Part shown: positions 13,490 through 27,539 of the stretch, piece after piece
Position numbering within the stretch: the stretch's first letter is position 1
Layout: every line of letters starts with the position of its first letter
Assembly: GCF_003704095.1 (NCBI RefSeq)
Contig: NW_020846249.1
Coordinates: 1 to 64,000, forward strand
DNA from: Pocillopora damicornis
Lineage: Eukaryota
Direction: 5' to 3'
DNA length: 64,000 bases
The notes under the pieces: generated by a model
Databases searched by the model: none
What the model saw: the letters and a program-made list of their open reading frames with translations, nothing else
Told to the model about the DNA's origin: nothing
Translations under genes and position numbers: made by a program

Positions 13490-13943
13490 AATGAAATATT
13501 TTAAAGATCAACAAAAGATGCAAAGGATCATAATCGTAACCAGACAGGGGGCAATAGGAAAACCTTGTCATTTTATAACAAAATAGATTCTGTTCTGGGG
13601 TGCAGAGAAATCATGACCTTTAGTCATGTAAAAGAATCTAGGTCAATCACTTTCCCACGTTCTTCCAATTTTGTCAAAAAGCATCATAGAAAAGGATGAG
13701 GAGGAAGCCACTCTGGATGAACAGTTTGAGCACTCTTTCGCAGTGTTTGGATTACATAAAAAGAGGGAGAGGAAGAGTCAGAAAGAGAGAGAAGAGAGAG
13801 AAAGCATGCCAAAACTTACACATGATGAGGAAGAATCAGCCCTTTTCTCTGAAAGCGTGGAAACTCTTAAGAGCCAAAGAGAGAAATTTATTGGAGTGAT
13901 GGAGGCCATGGAGAAAAACCATGGTTACAACTCCAGCTTATGA
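13490..13943 (+). pseudogene. Myb/SANT-like DNA-binding protein remnant (Harbinger ORF2 type)
   Basis: KDAKDHNRNQTGGNRKTLSFYNKIDSVLGCR followed by an acidic/basic coiled coil. Confidence 0.7.
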
Positions 13944-14510
13944 ACCAATTTTTGAACACTTTCCCATGAACCACTTTATGAACACTCTCACGCAGGCAAT
14001 ATATTCAAAAGATGATAAATAACTCTTGAAATATTATTTCTGAACACTACATGTAGCCTACAGTTATGTTATAATCAAAAGCACATTTATTTTTGTACCT
14101 GAGGAGAATATATATAGAATGGACAAGGTAGAGATTAAAAAAAGTTTCATTTTTATTCCAATATTGTTACTGTTAGATATTGTCATTAGTACTATTGCTC
14201 CATATTAGCCCATCACATGTGACATTTTCATAATTTTTCTTTAATTTCCTTCATCAGAAATTAATGTTGTTACATGTAGTTAATTCACTATTAATACACT
14301 AAATTATTCATTATAACAATAAATCTTTTGACTCATTTTCTGTATTGTTAAATTACCATTTTTGTACATGAATCTCCATTGATTAATTAACTTCAATCCT
14401 GGAGACACTATTAAATAATTAAATGATGTTATTGTATAAACTGAGAAACTGGAACGGTCTTATAGTCAGATGTGTAAATCAAATGAGGCCAGGTATGCTA
14501 TGATGATTTA

Positions 14511-14552
14511 GTTTCCCAAGCTTTCCCTGATCTACAGCATCATCAGGGAATG
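14511..14552 (-). ncRNA. Degenerate minimal hammerhead motif next to PLE remnants
   Basis: Reverse strand TTCC-CTGATGA-T-GCTG(TAGAT)CAGG-GAAA-GCTT-GGGAA; intact core, one stem II mismatch. Confidence 0.6.
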
Positions 14553-14649
14553 TAGATGGAGTATATCAGCGAGGTGTTAGGCTAGATAATAGGGGTTATA
14601 TGGAAAGGATTGAAATAAATTTTTGCCATCTTAAAGACAGAAACAACTA

Positions 14650-15270
14650 CAATGCCAACTCAAAAACCACGTCCACCAACTTGCATTCCAATGAACATTT
14701 ACAAAAGAAAGTTCTGGTCACTGACCTCACTCACTCACCTGCTCAACACACAAGAGATAGCGCTTCTGTCAAAAGGTCCCAAGTTCTGCCTTGCACCCAC
14801 TGTAAACAAACACACCACCAAGAGTACAAACATCACGAGTGAGTTTGCCCTTCAAAGGTCAAACATCAGCTAATGCAGTTAAAAAGCAAATGCGTGATCT
14901 CAGTCAAAAGATTTGAACTACACTGCGACACGTGTTTATCAGCAGAAAATTGGAACAAGACCTCAAGCCCAGAGAAATTAAGCCTCCAATTATAAACCAA
15001 CAACGCGTTGTTTACTCTTTAACATGTGATCTGTGCAATTCAGATGATGTCAGCTTTACAGCTTGACACCTCCATCAACATATTGTTGAACATAAAAACT
15101 CTGCGATCGGTAAACATTTTTTGACAGCCCATGGGGATACAAGCCTCCTCAAAGAAAGTCAATTATGTATTCTAGAAAAGTCCCAGGGAAAATTTGACTG
15201 TCTTGTCTATGAGATGCTTCTCATCAAGCAGTGCAATCCTTGCCTCAACATGCAGACTGATTCAATTTTG
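14650..15270 (+). mobile_element. Penelope-like remnants: N-terminal piece and GIY-YIG C-terminus
   Basis: LLNTQEIALLSKGPKFCLAP; then LPFKGQ..., VVYSLTCDLC, EHKNSAIGKHF, LVYEMLLIKQCNPCLN. Confidence 0.85.
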
Positions 15271-15309
15271 CAAAACTCTTTGTTTAAAAGAACATTCCGT
15301 TACCTATTG

Positions 15310-16460
15310 TCTTTCTTAGCCAATCGTTCTCAAAGTGTTTGTGTTAATGGGATAGTTTCAGAGCCTCAAAAAATCGATTTTGGAGTCCCCCAAGGTAGCA
15401 CTTTAGGGCCCTTGCTCTTCATAATGTATATTAATGACATATCCCATGTCATTAGATATTCTAATGTTGAGCAATATGCTGATGATACGCTTCTTTACTT
15501 TGCTAGTGATGATGTTAACATAATTGAGTCCAATCTGTCATCTGATTTAGATGGTGTTACTCAGTGGCTTAGTGCTAATTACCTAATATTTAACTCTACC
15601 AAATCTAAAATAATGCTTGTGGGTACCCATCAAAGGCTTGCCTCTAAGTCATTCTCCATATCATCTGACGGCCAAGACTTAGAGAGACCAGAAACGTTTA
15701 AATATCTAGGGGTTTTTATGGACCCAACACTTTCTTGGAAGTCTCACATTAATTACTTGGGAAAGAAGATCTCGTCTAGATTAGGAATGTTGCGTAGAGC
15801 ACGAAAGATCTTGCCTCAGTCATCCTGTATCATTTTGTACAACACAATGATATTCCTCCTTTTTGACTATCGCTCAGTTGTATGGGATAGTTGTGGGGCT
15901 ATATCTAAAGGGTATCTTGACAAGCTTAATGGGCATGCGGTGAGTATTATCTTAAATAGGGCTGTGAGTGAAACATATTGTTCATATTCTTGGTTGGCCT
16001 AGCCTTCAGTCTCGTAGAGACTATCTCAAATGCATGCTTTCAAATCTATGAATGGCTTAGCACCCCCCTACCTAATGAGTGATTTTACTCAAGCTAAGAA
16101 ATATCATACATATAATACCAGGCACAGGGATTTGATTCGTCTTCCTTTGGCCAAAAGCACTAAATGTCAAGGCAGTTTTAGATATAATGGTGGGTGCACT
16201 TTTAATAATCTGTCCAAAGCAATAAGATCACTGGAAAGCCTTAAAACTTTTAAAACTGACTGCAAGAGGTTTTTTAAACAGAATTAATCAGTTAATATGT
16301 AGACTTTGTATGTATTTTCTCTAATGAGTTTTACTTTTGTCTGTCAATTCTATGTGTAACTTTGTATTGTCAAATTTTGTTTTGCAGGGCTCTCTTTAAA
16401 CTAGCTATGCAAATTGTGATGTCCCTGTTTAAATATTGATTAAAGAAATAAATAAATAAA
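15310..16460 (+). mobile_element. 5'-truncated CR1/L2-type LINE RT with 3' tail
   Basis: GVPQGSTLGPLLF, YADDT, FKYLGV, HTYNTR; ends in (AAAT)n. Confidence 0.92.
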
Positions 16461-16699
16461 TGACTATATTTATTTTCTGCACTGTTTGATCTAAATATTT
16501 CTACTGCATTTACATACCTGCCACTGTCCTGTCCTATTGTCTACAGAACCCATATTGCTGTAATCTTTGTAACCAATAGAATAAGTACCATATGTTCATT
16601 AGTACCAAATATATAAGTATAATATAATACCATATGATATAAGTACCATATGTTAATTAGTGTTGCTATTTTATTGGTGTAATCCATCAGTCCACCGAT

Positions 16700-17400
16700 G
16701 CTAAACTGCAAAGGGCAATGTCAAGGAACTGCTGGTGGACCTTACCTTACTGAAGCCCTTGAGCAATGATAGGCAATGGCAGTTCAGTGGTTACAAATAC
16801 AAGGTAATATGTATTCTGAAATAGTATGATACTTTGGAGCCTGAATACATCTATGTGGGGAACCAGCTGAAAGCTGTATCGAATGTCAAGGATATTGGTA
16901 TTCACATTATATCAAATATATCATGGAACCTGCAAACCAACAGACCTGCAAACAAGGCAAACAGTTTGCTCCAATTTATAAGTCAAACAATGGGCCCCAG
17001 GAACCCTGAATGTTCTTAAAATTGTACTTGAGTTTAGTAAGTCCAATACTCAAGTATGGCTCTCTCTTAGAGAAACTGCAAAGTAGAGCATATAGATATG
17101 CCTCAAGAAACATTACCCGAGATATGTCAATGAAGAGCACTTAAAGTTCCTTAAATGGCCAACTTTAGACAGTTAACATTCTAAATAGGCTACACTCATT
17201 TGAGTATTTTACATTTGTACATGATGCTCACCATTATGAGCTAACCATCGCCATAAACTTAAACCATTACCCACAAAGCTATATAGTTTTAGGTACTCTT
17301 TTCTTTATAAATGTAGTCAATGAATGGAATAATTTACCTAAAGATGTTGCAGATGCAGAAACTATGAACATTTTCAAGAAAAGACTCAGATGCCATTTTA
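16700..17400 (+). mobile_element. Highly decayed CR1-type RT C-terminal fragment
   Basis: KDIGIHI...ISWN, KANSLLQFI, LYLSLVSPILKY and VNEWNNLP remnants. Confidence 0.6.
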
Positions 17401-17569
17401 CTAATCAGGGTTCTCAGTAAAAGCCAGCAACCAGAGGAAATCTACCGACTGTGAGCATGAAGGTAGCTGCCTGTTGAGGCAATGTAATTTTCATTTAAAA
17501 ATAAATAATCAAAACATATGATTGTAAACTTGCATCAGAGAGGATAAAATTTACAGAAAAACATTGTTC

Positions 17570-18590
17570 CTTGTGTATATCAATGAGCTACCTAGTGTTA
17601 TTTAAAACTCTAAGGTACCATTGTATGCTGACAATACTGTTCTTTGCTTTGCAAAAGAACCTTGCAAGCTAGAGAGCAAGTTGAATGCAGATCTCTACAA
17701 CACAACATTCTGTCTAAAGGCAAACAGACTCACTTTGAACCTTTCTAAAACCAAATCTATGTTGCTTGGAAGTAATAGAAAGTTATTTAATATTTCCTTA
17801 TTGTCCCTTTCTATTTTTGATTGCGAGTTAGATTGCATAAATAGGTTTAAATATTAAACATGGTCAGATCATGTAGGGAGTGAAATTTCGAAATTTAATC
17901 AATGGCTCAGTCTTTTACCCAGTATCAAACATTTATTACCCCTAAATGCTTGCAAACTATTCTAGGACAGTCTTGCTTTACCAGTTTTTGATTACACTAA
18001 TTTAGCTTGGGGTGACAAAAACAATGTCTCTTATGAATAACCTGCAGGTTCTGCAGAACAAGGCCAGGAAAATTATCCCACACAGACCTTTTTATTTGTC
18101 AGCTACTGATGCCATTGTAACTTTAAAGTGGCTCAACCTGGAACAACGTATATTTCATCATCACTGTACATATTTTAACAAGTTTATTAATGGCCTCATG
18201 GATCACTAAATGGAGCTACTAGCAAACAGGGGCATTCAAAATTATAACACAAGAAAGAGACATGCTTAGAGTACCCTTTGCAACCAAAAACTGGGGTAAA
18301 AAGAAAATGTGTTATCACTCTCTGAAAGATTGGAACAACCTAGATTAAGCCATTACAAATGCACCTGACATTGTGAATTTTAAGCATAGCATTTTAAGCA
18401 GCCTCTCTATTTAAATTTTCTTGTGTTTCAACTGTAGTTTTTAATCAATCCTCACTATAGTTTTTGTATAAATTTTTATTTCTAGGTATTTTTCATTTTA
18501 CTCTAAATAGTCTAGTTTACTACTTTTAAACTTAGTTAGGACCTTTTCTGAAAACCACAGTGATGTGATGATAGTTTCCTAATAAAAGAT
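17570..18590 (+). mobile_element. Decayed CR1/L2-type LINE 3' part
   Basis: YADNTVL, NRLTLNLSKTKSML, LQVLQNKARKII, KDWNNL; AATAAA near 18580. Confidence 0.75.
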
Positions 18591-20149
18591 TACGATTTAC
18601 TTTAAATATCTATTCATTTATACCAAGAAGTCCCCATTGAAGTGGACACTGGTAGTTCTGTAACTATGAGGCAAAGGATGTTTACAATACTGAGAATCCC
18701 ATGCTGGGGATATAAATTCGTTTGAACTGCACTTTAAGTGATGAGATATTCATCCCAACCATGGACCAACTACTGCAAACTACTGTAGTTACACCAAGGA
18801 TCCTTCATCAGTCCATACCCTTTGATTACCATTGGTAATGTTAACATTGCATGGGTATGTCATGCAAGGCTGCTAGGTCTTACTATAGACTACAAACCTA
18901 CTTGGACAAAACATCTTACAGAATTAAAGAACAACTTTGAAAAATAAATCAAACTTATTGAAAAAGTGTTCTTTCTAAAGAGAAAATCTCTTCTTTACCA
19001 ATTTAAGGTGATTCTCCCTTCTGTAACATATGTGCAATGACACCCGTGTGTCTTAATTTCCACGGTATTTTTTGATGTTTTCCAGCTTTCACCGCATTCT
19101 GCGTCGCAATGACATTCCACCAATTTTTGCATGACCATAGCTTGAATATTGCAAAAATTTGTGTAATTTTTGATAAGGCTCACAGAAATTCAATGGGTAA
19201 CATTGGGTCCAGTCAGAGAACCTCCAATTATTACTGCTTAACTCAAAACGTACTAGAGCATTTGCCCAACACATCCTACCAAACAGGATCGCTGTAACAG
19301 TCGACACAATAAACCTAGCCTTGTGGAATATGCAAGCCTTTTACTTCTTTAAGTTCATGGAGCTCTCTGCCATCAGAGCTGATGCCGCTACAATATGGCA
19401 TCACCATCTGGATTACATCAAATACCCACAGGCACAACAGTGTTGAGCTGGAAGGCTAATTATCAATTTGCCACAGGATACAACATCAGAAGCACTTGTG
19501 GATCTCACTCTATGGGGCTTGATTGCTGTATTGTGGAATTTTGTTTCACACTATTTTAATGACTCTTTCAGCAATTTTATAGAAAAGTGAAACCTGATCC
19601 CACATGTAGGGAAATCAGATGTACCAGCCTATCCACACTAGTTACACATGACCCCTTAAGCATGTAATGCAAACACTCAGCGGTGATTTTTTTAAAATTG
19701 CCCAAATAATAGGCAGATTAACTGTTGGAAAAGTGAGACAACATGAACTTCAACAGTCATTACTCAATTGTTGGGACTGTCATTTTGAATTGTGTTAGTA
19801 TTCATTTAAACGTCGATTGAGATTTGGCATATCTAGGATCAACTACTACAGCAATTCAACAGCATGCTTAAACTACGAGTATCTACGATTGTATGGAGAC
19901 AAATCCCAATCCAGGACCTACTTCAAGAAAAGCTTATGCCAAGTGTTTGTTGTTCCTAAAGGCAACACATGAACTTGAAGCATATAGAGCATTTTCACTC
20001 ATGTGACCAAATTTCTTTATCATCATGGTAACCGACTTCATCCGAGATGTTGGTGTTCCGTGATAACCAGCAGTGAGTATTGTGACAGGAAACAATTGGA
20101 GCAGATGTTACAGTTTTGAGAAGATGTTAGTGTAACATTTATATTGTCT

Positions 20150-21663
20150 TTGTCATGGATCATTAGCTGTGGGAACAAAACAGGGAAGAAAAGGTCTAAC
20201 GTTGAAAAAGTAAGGTTTTTTTGTGTCCCATGTGTTATAGTCAATCAAGGAGAGTGCACTGAAGAACTTACTTCTGAGTGAAGAAGAATGTGGATCTCTG
20301 CAATAAGTAGAGATGACTTACCTGATGATATTTTAGAACGTGATGGGTCTGCAGCCAGCACATTGTTTCAGGAGAAGCTGCAAAAGATTGGAATCAATTC
20401 AATGTAGACTGGGTCCCTACCCTCCATCTTGGGCATTCAAAATAGCATGTAAAGGATCCTGAAGAAGCAGCTGCTCGAGCACAGAGAGCTGCCAACAGAT
20501 GCAAATGTCAAGCAGAGATCGCAGAAAAGGAGGTAGAAGAGAAAGTGAAACAAGTGGATGATACATGGGAAACAGCTGATGAGATATTCTACAAGGCCAA
20601 GCTTGAGGCCAATGCTTTGAATGTTGATAATACAGGAGAAACAGCTCGTGAGATATTCTACAAGGCTGAGCCCAAGACCAAGGCTTTGAATGTTGATGAC
20701 AAAGATCCAGAAACCAGGGAAGAATTAACCAACGGTCATGACCAGAATACAATGAATGCTGAAACTCAAACCACAGCATTAAGGGTAAAAATTGCCCAAA
20801 ATGCTGAAACTCAAACTCAATTTGAATATTTATTTAAGCAAGCTGTTCTGCAACCTTTTACTGAGGAATATTTTGTTAATCATGATGACAGAGTGAGGTT
20901 TTACATTGGTTTTCCAGGTTTTGATGTGCTCAAAGCAACTTTTCCTTTCATCAGTCCGTTTGTCACTCAAAGGAGTAAAAGCTTGTCTTTGTTTCAAGAA
21001 TTTATTATGGTTGTTCTTCTGCAAGACCTTGCATATAGGTTTGGCATTTCTCTTACTACTGTTTCAAGAGACTTCTCCACCCAGTTAACGGTGATGGATA
21101 TCAGGCTTTCCCCATCATCAGATGGCCTGAACGAGATGAGCTCTGGCACACGATGCCTATCTGTTTTCAGTTCTCACTTGGGGAAAAAACCATTATTATT
21201 GACTGTTTTGAGGTCTTCATAGAACCACCTTCTAATCCTCTAGCAAGAGCACAAACATTTTCTAACTATAAACAATACAATACTGTCAAGGTGCTCATCC
21301 CAATTACACCTAAAGGATCTATTTGTTTTACTTCCAAAGCATGAGGAAGGACATCTGATAAATACTCAACTGATGTGGTTTATTGAACCACTTGAAGCCA
21401 CCATTCAGGAAAGCATTGCACTCTACCAGGCGCAGTTAGTTATTCCTGCCTTCACTGGAGGAAAGAATCAACTTGATCCACTTGATCTGGAATGAACACA
21501 ACGAATTGTGAATGTGCGAATACATGTCGAGCATGTTATTGGACTCCTGAGGCAAAAGTATTCTATCCTGGAAAAAAAAGTGGAAAAATTCCACTTATTG
21601 ACAGGATGATCAGGGTTTGTGCAGCCCTTACAAATCTTTCCCCATCCGTTGTTCCCTTTGAAT
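20150..21663 (+). pseudogene. THAP + HTH + DDE_Tnp_4 transposase
   Basis: CGNK...RRMWISAISR...VCSQH...DWVPTL (THAP); [41 protein letters not shown]. Confidence 0.85.
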
Positions 21664-22289
21664 AAACTCATCAGCTTCTATAAGACATTTATATCTTTGC
21701 AAACATTAGTGAGAGAGAATTGATATTTAATACTCTGACAAAGTTATGTATGGTATTGTATTGCATTGGCTTCACACTGCAATAATACATCACAAAAGCA
21801 TAGCAATGTAGAATGACGTGAAACAATACAAAATTTAGCCGTGTCATGCATAAATTCTTTTCCTGGAGTTTCAGCACTCTGCATCCTTGTTGTCAATATT
21901 CAAAGCCTTGGCCTCGGGCTTGAGCCGTTTCCACTGAATCATCCAATCATTTCACTTTCTCTTCTAACCCTTTGTCTTCCAGCCCTAATTATTCATACAT
22001 TAGGGCTGGGAAACAAACGAAAGGGAGAATCAACCTTGGTTAAATCAAAATTAACCTAAAATAAAATTTGACCTGTAACAGATATGTTTGTTCATATTGT
22101 ATATAGCTCTCCTGAATTTCTTATTTGCACACACTGTATACAGTTTTTCCTAATTTATTTTTTCTCAACATTCCGGTTTTTTACATCTCCAATTAATTAA
22201 TTAATTTATTATTTTTAAACTTGTTTTAGCGTCCCCTCTTAGTGGTTCCTACACTACTGGTACAGTTTGACACTTGAATAAAGAATAAC

Positions 22290-22630
22290 AAATGGATTGT
22301 TCATTCTTTGTGAATGTCGGACTTTCCCAGACACTATGTATTTGTTGCCTATTTTTTATCCTTTAATGCTACTTACAAACCCTGAAACCAATTGGTTATA
22401 AGTCTGCAAACTTCTATAAGCCTTAAATTGGTTCTTACTATAATAACTCGTGTCAGGCACCAAAAACGACAATAAATCCATGGATTCAACAGGAGGCAGG
22501 CACTCTGGATCATATGTTATGTCTGGTATCAAGACAGGATCGATTCCAACACAAGAAATCTTCTCTAACATTTTTTTCATGTGGGGATCGAGCATGTTTG
22601 CATAATCTGAGAGAGGATATCCTGCCATGT
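22290..22630 (-). pseudogene. N-terminus of the ISL2EU second gene
   Basis: LSDYANMLD...GIDPV...LPPVESMDLLSFLV...FKAYRSLQTYNQLVSGFV...GKVRHSQRMN. Confidence 0.75.
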
Positions 22631-22859
22631 TTGAAAATGTGGAACACCAATACGGCAACATCATGTGAAAACGCTCTACAAGTGCTGTATTTATGGCTTG
22701 CTATAACACAAGAGGCGTGGAGGAAATACTAGTAACGGCACTCTTAGTAAGTGTTATTTCATGTGTGCCAGCTGTTTGTTTCATCAGCAGAATTTTCCTT
22801 TCATGAATACTATAATCATTGCTGAAAGTTTGAGGGAAAATTCAGTTTGCATAGATAAC

Positions 22860-25255
22860 AGTATGGTCGGTGAGACAACAGAATTAAATGTACTTGAGAC
22901 AACTTGACAAGAAAATCCTAGACTTCCTTCTGAGCCACTTAAACATCAACAGTATACAGAACAAGTTCAAAGAGTTAAGGCATATAGTTATGGAATCAAA
23001 AGTACAGATCATGGCAGTCAGTGAAACCAAAATTGATGCTTCATATACTGACTCTCAATTTCATATACCTGGGTACCACCTACATCACCCAGATAGGAAG
23101 AAAGGCAGTGGCAGAGTCCTCATGCTTGGTACGTCAAAAATGGAGTCAGTGAGAGTTAAGATTGACAGAAGGTACAAAAAAATTGAAATCATAACTCTTC
23201 AATTTGTCTTGAAAACAAAAAACTCATATTACTCGCCATCTACAGGCCACCAAAGAAAGTTACCACACACTACCAGCTACTTCTGGAAGAGGAATTAAGT
23301 AACATTTCTAACTAGGTTATACTCCAACATCAGTTTATTGTCATAATCGGTGATCTTAACCTGAATAGGTTGAATCCAGATAGCGCTGAGGGAAAAACAC
23401 TACTTAATCCTGAAATTGAACAAGGACTTGAGTGCCCAATCAACTCGCCAACTAGAGTTCAAATGCAACGAGCACATGTCACACAGAGTCTAGTTGCTGT
23501 CATCCTAACGAGTCAAAGAGAACTGTTCAGCAATTGTGGAACGTACAATCCTGAAATAGGTGATCATGTACTTATTTATGGGTCTATAAAGGAAAATTTA
23601 GACCTCGGAAAGGCAGGATTATCAAATTTAGATCCAAGAGGAATTTTGACAAGGAACACTACAAGGAGGACCTTTGTCATGCTCCATGGCATGTTGGCAA
23701 CACTTTCGATACAGTTGATGATAAAGCTGGTTTCTGGGAAGCACTTATAGCTAGTATAGTGGACAAACATTAACCAGTAAAGAAAATGAGGTGTAGACCC
23801 AAGATGTTCCATCCATGTCTCATGAATAGAATAAGAGCCAGAAGAAGAGCCACAAGAAAATATTAAAAGGAGCAAATAAGGGAAGACTGGGAAAATAAAA
23901 GTGAACTGCGAAACAAGGCAACTAGACTTAGAAGAAAGGAAATTAGGGAATACAGAAAAACTTTCATGCCCTTAATAAACACAAAGAAGAAAAAGAGGAC
24001 AACGACCAACTGACGATGGACAGAAGCATTTGACATGATTAATCTATGATTGCAAATCATTTCTGTAATTGCTTTACCAATATTGCCCATGGGATAGGAA
24101 ATACTGATGGCACAAGTAATGACTCTTTTGCTACACATGCAAGTGTGCAGAGTATCATTAACAACTCAACTGGCACTGATAACATCCAGTTTCAGAGGGT
24201 AAACAGAGGTGAGGTGGAAACCACCCTGCAAGGCCTTAATACCAGAAAGGTGATGGCAGAATCCCGTCAAAGGCCCTACAAATTGGCACAAGCAAGTTGT
24301 CAACACTGCTGAATACACTAAATAATGCCTGTATCTCCAGGTGTGAATAGCCTGCAATGTGGAAGAGAGGTGACTGGGTCCCAGTTTTTAAGATGGATAA
24401 CCCTCAACTAAAGGAGAAATATCCTCCAATAACTGTGCAAGTTACAGTAAATAAGGTCCTTGAACAACTACTCTGTAAATAATTAAGCCACTGATATGAG
24501 AAAGGCCTTTAACTCCTTGTACCACCTCTTATGTTAGCAAAACTTAAAGCTTATGGTGTAAGTGAAAATAGTGTCTAACTAATTGACTCTTATTGCACAG
24601 ACCGCCACTGTAGAGTTAAATTGGGTTCAGTAGCAAGTGGGAAAAGGTGTCCAGGGGATGCCCTCAGGGATCAGCATTTCAGTCACTCCTGCAGAACATT
24701 CACCAGAATGATCTTATTTACGATATGAACATAAACCTTAACATTTATGCAGATGATCATCAGTTTTATGCTATGAGCAGTGACATAGAGATTGTTAACG
24801 ATAGTCTCACACAAAGTGCTATAGATGCTTCAGAGTGGTATACTTCCAACTTCCTTAAAGGCAACATTGATAATTATAGAGTCCTCATGCTTGGTAGCAA
24901 ACTGGACAGCAATATCAATATCATCATCGATGACGATAAAGCTGTAACATCTATTGACTGCTTAGAATTACTTGGGATGTCTATAAATAGGCACATTCGT
25001 TTTGATGAGCACATAAGTATAATCTACAAGAAAAGTAGTGAGCGTGTAGGAGTCATGATGCAACTCAGAAACTTAATATCCACTGGTTCCAAACTACAAC
25101 TATTTAAAGCTGCTATTCTTCCCTATGTAACTTATTTGCACCTTGCTTGGCACTTCTAGCTTGCTAGCAACAGTAGAAAATCAGAGCATGTACAAGAAAG
25201 GGCATTCAGAGCTATTTACTGTGACAGACCATCAAGTTATAATAAATTACTGAAT
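22860..25255 (+). mobile_element. CR1/L2-type LINE ORF2 (APE endonuclease + RT), decayed
   Basis: HLNINSIQNK, VSETKID, YRPP, IIGDLN, IGDHVLIY; RGCPQGS, YADDHQ. Confidence 0.9.
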
Positions 25256-25355
25256 NNNNNNNNNNNNNNNNNNNNNNNNNNNNNNNNNNNNNNNNNNNNN
25301 NNNNNNNNNNNNNNNNNNNNNNNNNNNNNNNNNNNNNNNNNNNNNNNNNNNNNNN

Positions 25356-27400
25356 TTGCAAACATAATCAATGTGAGGTGACCAATTTAGTGAACTGTCT
25401 ACAAACACTCTGAGGTACTTAAAATATACTTCTTTAAGTTTGTGGTCATTTTGTTTGATTTCAGTACCACCTGCTTTTTCTGAAAGCTTGTTTAGTTCCA
25501 ATCTTCATGGCCTCTGATTTAACGGGGTGGACTACCATCTCATTGTTAGATAGCCAATCACTGATATCTTTTAAATCAGAGTTCAAAAGTTGTGCAGCCG
25601 CTTCTACTTTGGAATGGGCTGTATGAATTTTGGTATCATCAGCAAATAGAGAGGCATCTCCATTTTTACACGATTTAACAATATCATTGTAGCGTATAGA
25701 AAATAAAGTTGGACCCAATACACTACCTTGGGGTACACCATGATCTAACATAAGTCTCAGATTGTGCACCATTCAAGGTGACAAATTGCTTCCTATCCAG
25801 AAGATAATTTTCTAACCATAAACCACCATGGCCTTCAATACAAGCAACTTTAAGCTTTGACAAAAGGACTTCGTAGTTTATTATGTTGAAAGATTTTTCG
25901 AGATTAAAAAATGCAGCAATGTTAATCTGTTTCTTGTCTCTGACCCATTTCTACTTATCTGTAAGAGTAAGTAGAGCTGTAGTACATCAGGAATTTTTTG
26001 GTAGGCAAACTGTTCTCTGCTTATTAGGTTGTGTTCCAAAGCAAAGGCTTATAACTGATTGTTTGCAAATTTCTCCATGTCCTTAGAAAGACAGGGAAAA
26101 ACAGATATAGGTCGAAAATTATCACACAAAGTGTTGTCTTTGCCTTTGGGTAAAGCTGTTACTTTTGCAGTCTTCCAAAATGTTGGGAATACACCTTGCT
26201 GGAAGATTGGTTAAATAAGTAGGCCAGACTTGGGGCTATTTGCCCAGCAGCAACTTTGAGAGCTTTTGCAGGAATATTATCAGCACCTGAAGCTATAGTG
26301 GGATTTAAATTAACCAATGATCTGTACACTTCTTCATTGTTTAGAAGTCTAAAATTAAATTCAGACTTTTGATCTTCATCAGGGTTAAACAAGGAGGTAG
26401 AACCTGCTTTGTTATTACATGTTCTTTTTGTATACGCTTCAGCTAAGGTATTGACAGCAATACTAGTAAAGTGAGAATTAAGAGCATTACTTATTTGCTG
26501 TGGATCAGTAAGCACTTGGTCTCTGTAAACAATTTCATTGATGTTAAGTGACTTTTTCTTCTTTCTACCTGGAAGGACATAGTTGAGAGTTTTCCAAAAA
26601 CCTTTCAGGTTCTTATTTTGTTCCAGTTTATTCTTAAAATAGTCTCTCTGGTACTTCCTCAGATTGTAAGTTACATGATTTCTAAGAACTCTGTATGATG
26701 GCCAATGAGCGTTGTCTCCAGTTTTATGAGCTTTTTTGTGAAAATTATCATGTTGTCTCATTAGCTTTAGAATAGAGCCATTAATCCATGGATGAGTATT
26801 TTGTTGTAACCTTTTTTTCTTGACCAAAAAATGTTTGTTTAGAGCGCCTGTGAAAAATTCTGACCATGTCTCTACTTTTCCATCAACGCTAGATTGTCTC
26901 TTAACATTGTCCAAAGTGACATTTTTGACATCGTTTCGAAAGGCAAGCAATGTTTCATAAGGGGGATGACTCCAAAAATAGGAAAATGATTACTTAATAA
27001 ATTCCGAAGCACCCCAGTTTTAGAAAACAGTTGTGGAGTTGAGGTAATGATTACATCGATCAGAGACAGAACCAGAAGAAATCCTTGTTGGTTTACTGAT
27101 AAGTTGGCTGAGCTGATCTATATCCATAAATTCAATAGCTCTCTATGTCTGTGGTAGAGATTCATCCAAAAGATTGCAGTTAATGTCTCCAGTAATAATA
27201 AATTCTTTGCCTTGCCTTGATTTAGATCCCAGGACATCACCTAGATAATCGAAAAATGCGTTTGTAGAACAGTTTGGTGCCTTATACACACAGCTGACAA
27301 GACAAAAAACAAAAATTGCCCAAAATATTTTGTAGACCTTTTCCAAATGACAAATACCAAATATTCACTGAGAAACAAGGAGTTCGCCATGCCCTGATTT
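25356..27400 (-). mobile_element. CR1/L2-type LINE ORF2, decayed
   Basis: CVYKAPN, ITGDINCNLL, HPWING, ASGADNIP, GVPQGSVLGPTLF, FADDTK, FKYLRV. Confidence 0.9.
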
Positions 27401-27539
27401 AATATGACTACACATGGAAAGCATTCCATCAGATACACTAGCCCAAAGTTGTGGAGTCTAATACCTAAAAATGTGAGACCTTCCTGCATTATCTGTAATA
27501 AGGCAGCATATTAGAAAGCTTGATATAAATTCCTTACTG

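Larger units (their letters stand above)
19986..22677. mobile_element. ISL2EU-type DNA transposon with both TIRs (internally deleted)
   Basis: Left AT|AGAGCATTTTCAC, right GTGAAAACGCTCT|AC; inner match TTGGTGTTCC / GGAACACCAA; encloses a THAP-DDE gene and a convergent second gene. Confidence 0.85.

Noticed and set aside
15121-16002. 293-aa ORF fusing a GIY-YIG tail to a LINE RT
   Set aside because: Chance in-frame junction of a Penelope remnant and a truncated LINE; the upstream PLE part has stops.
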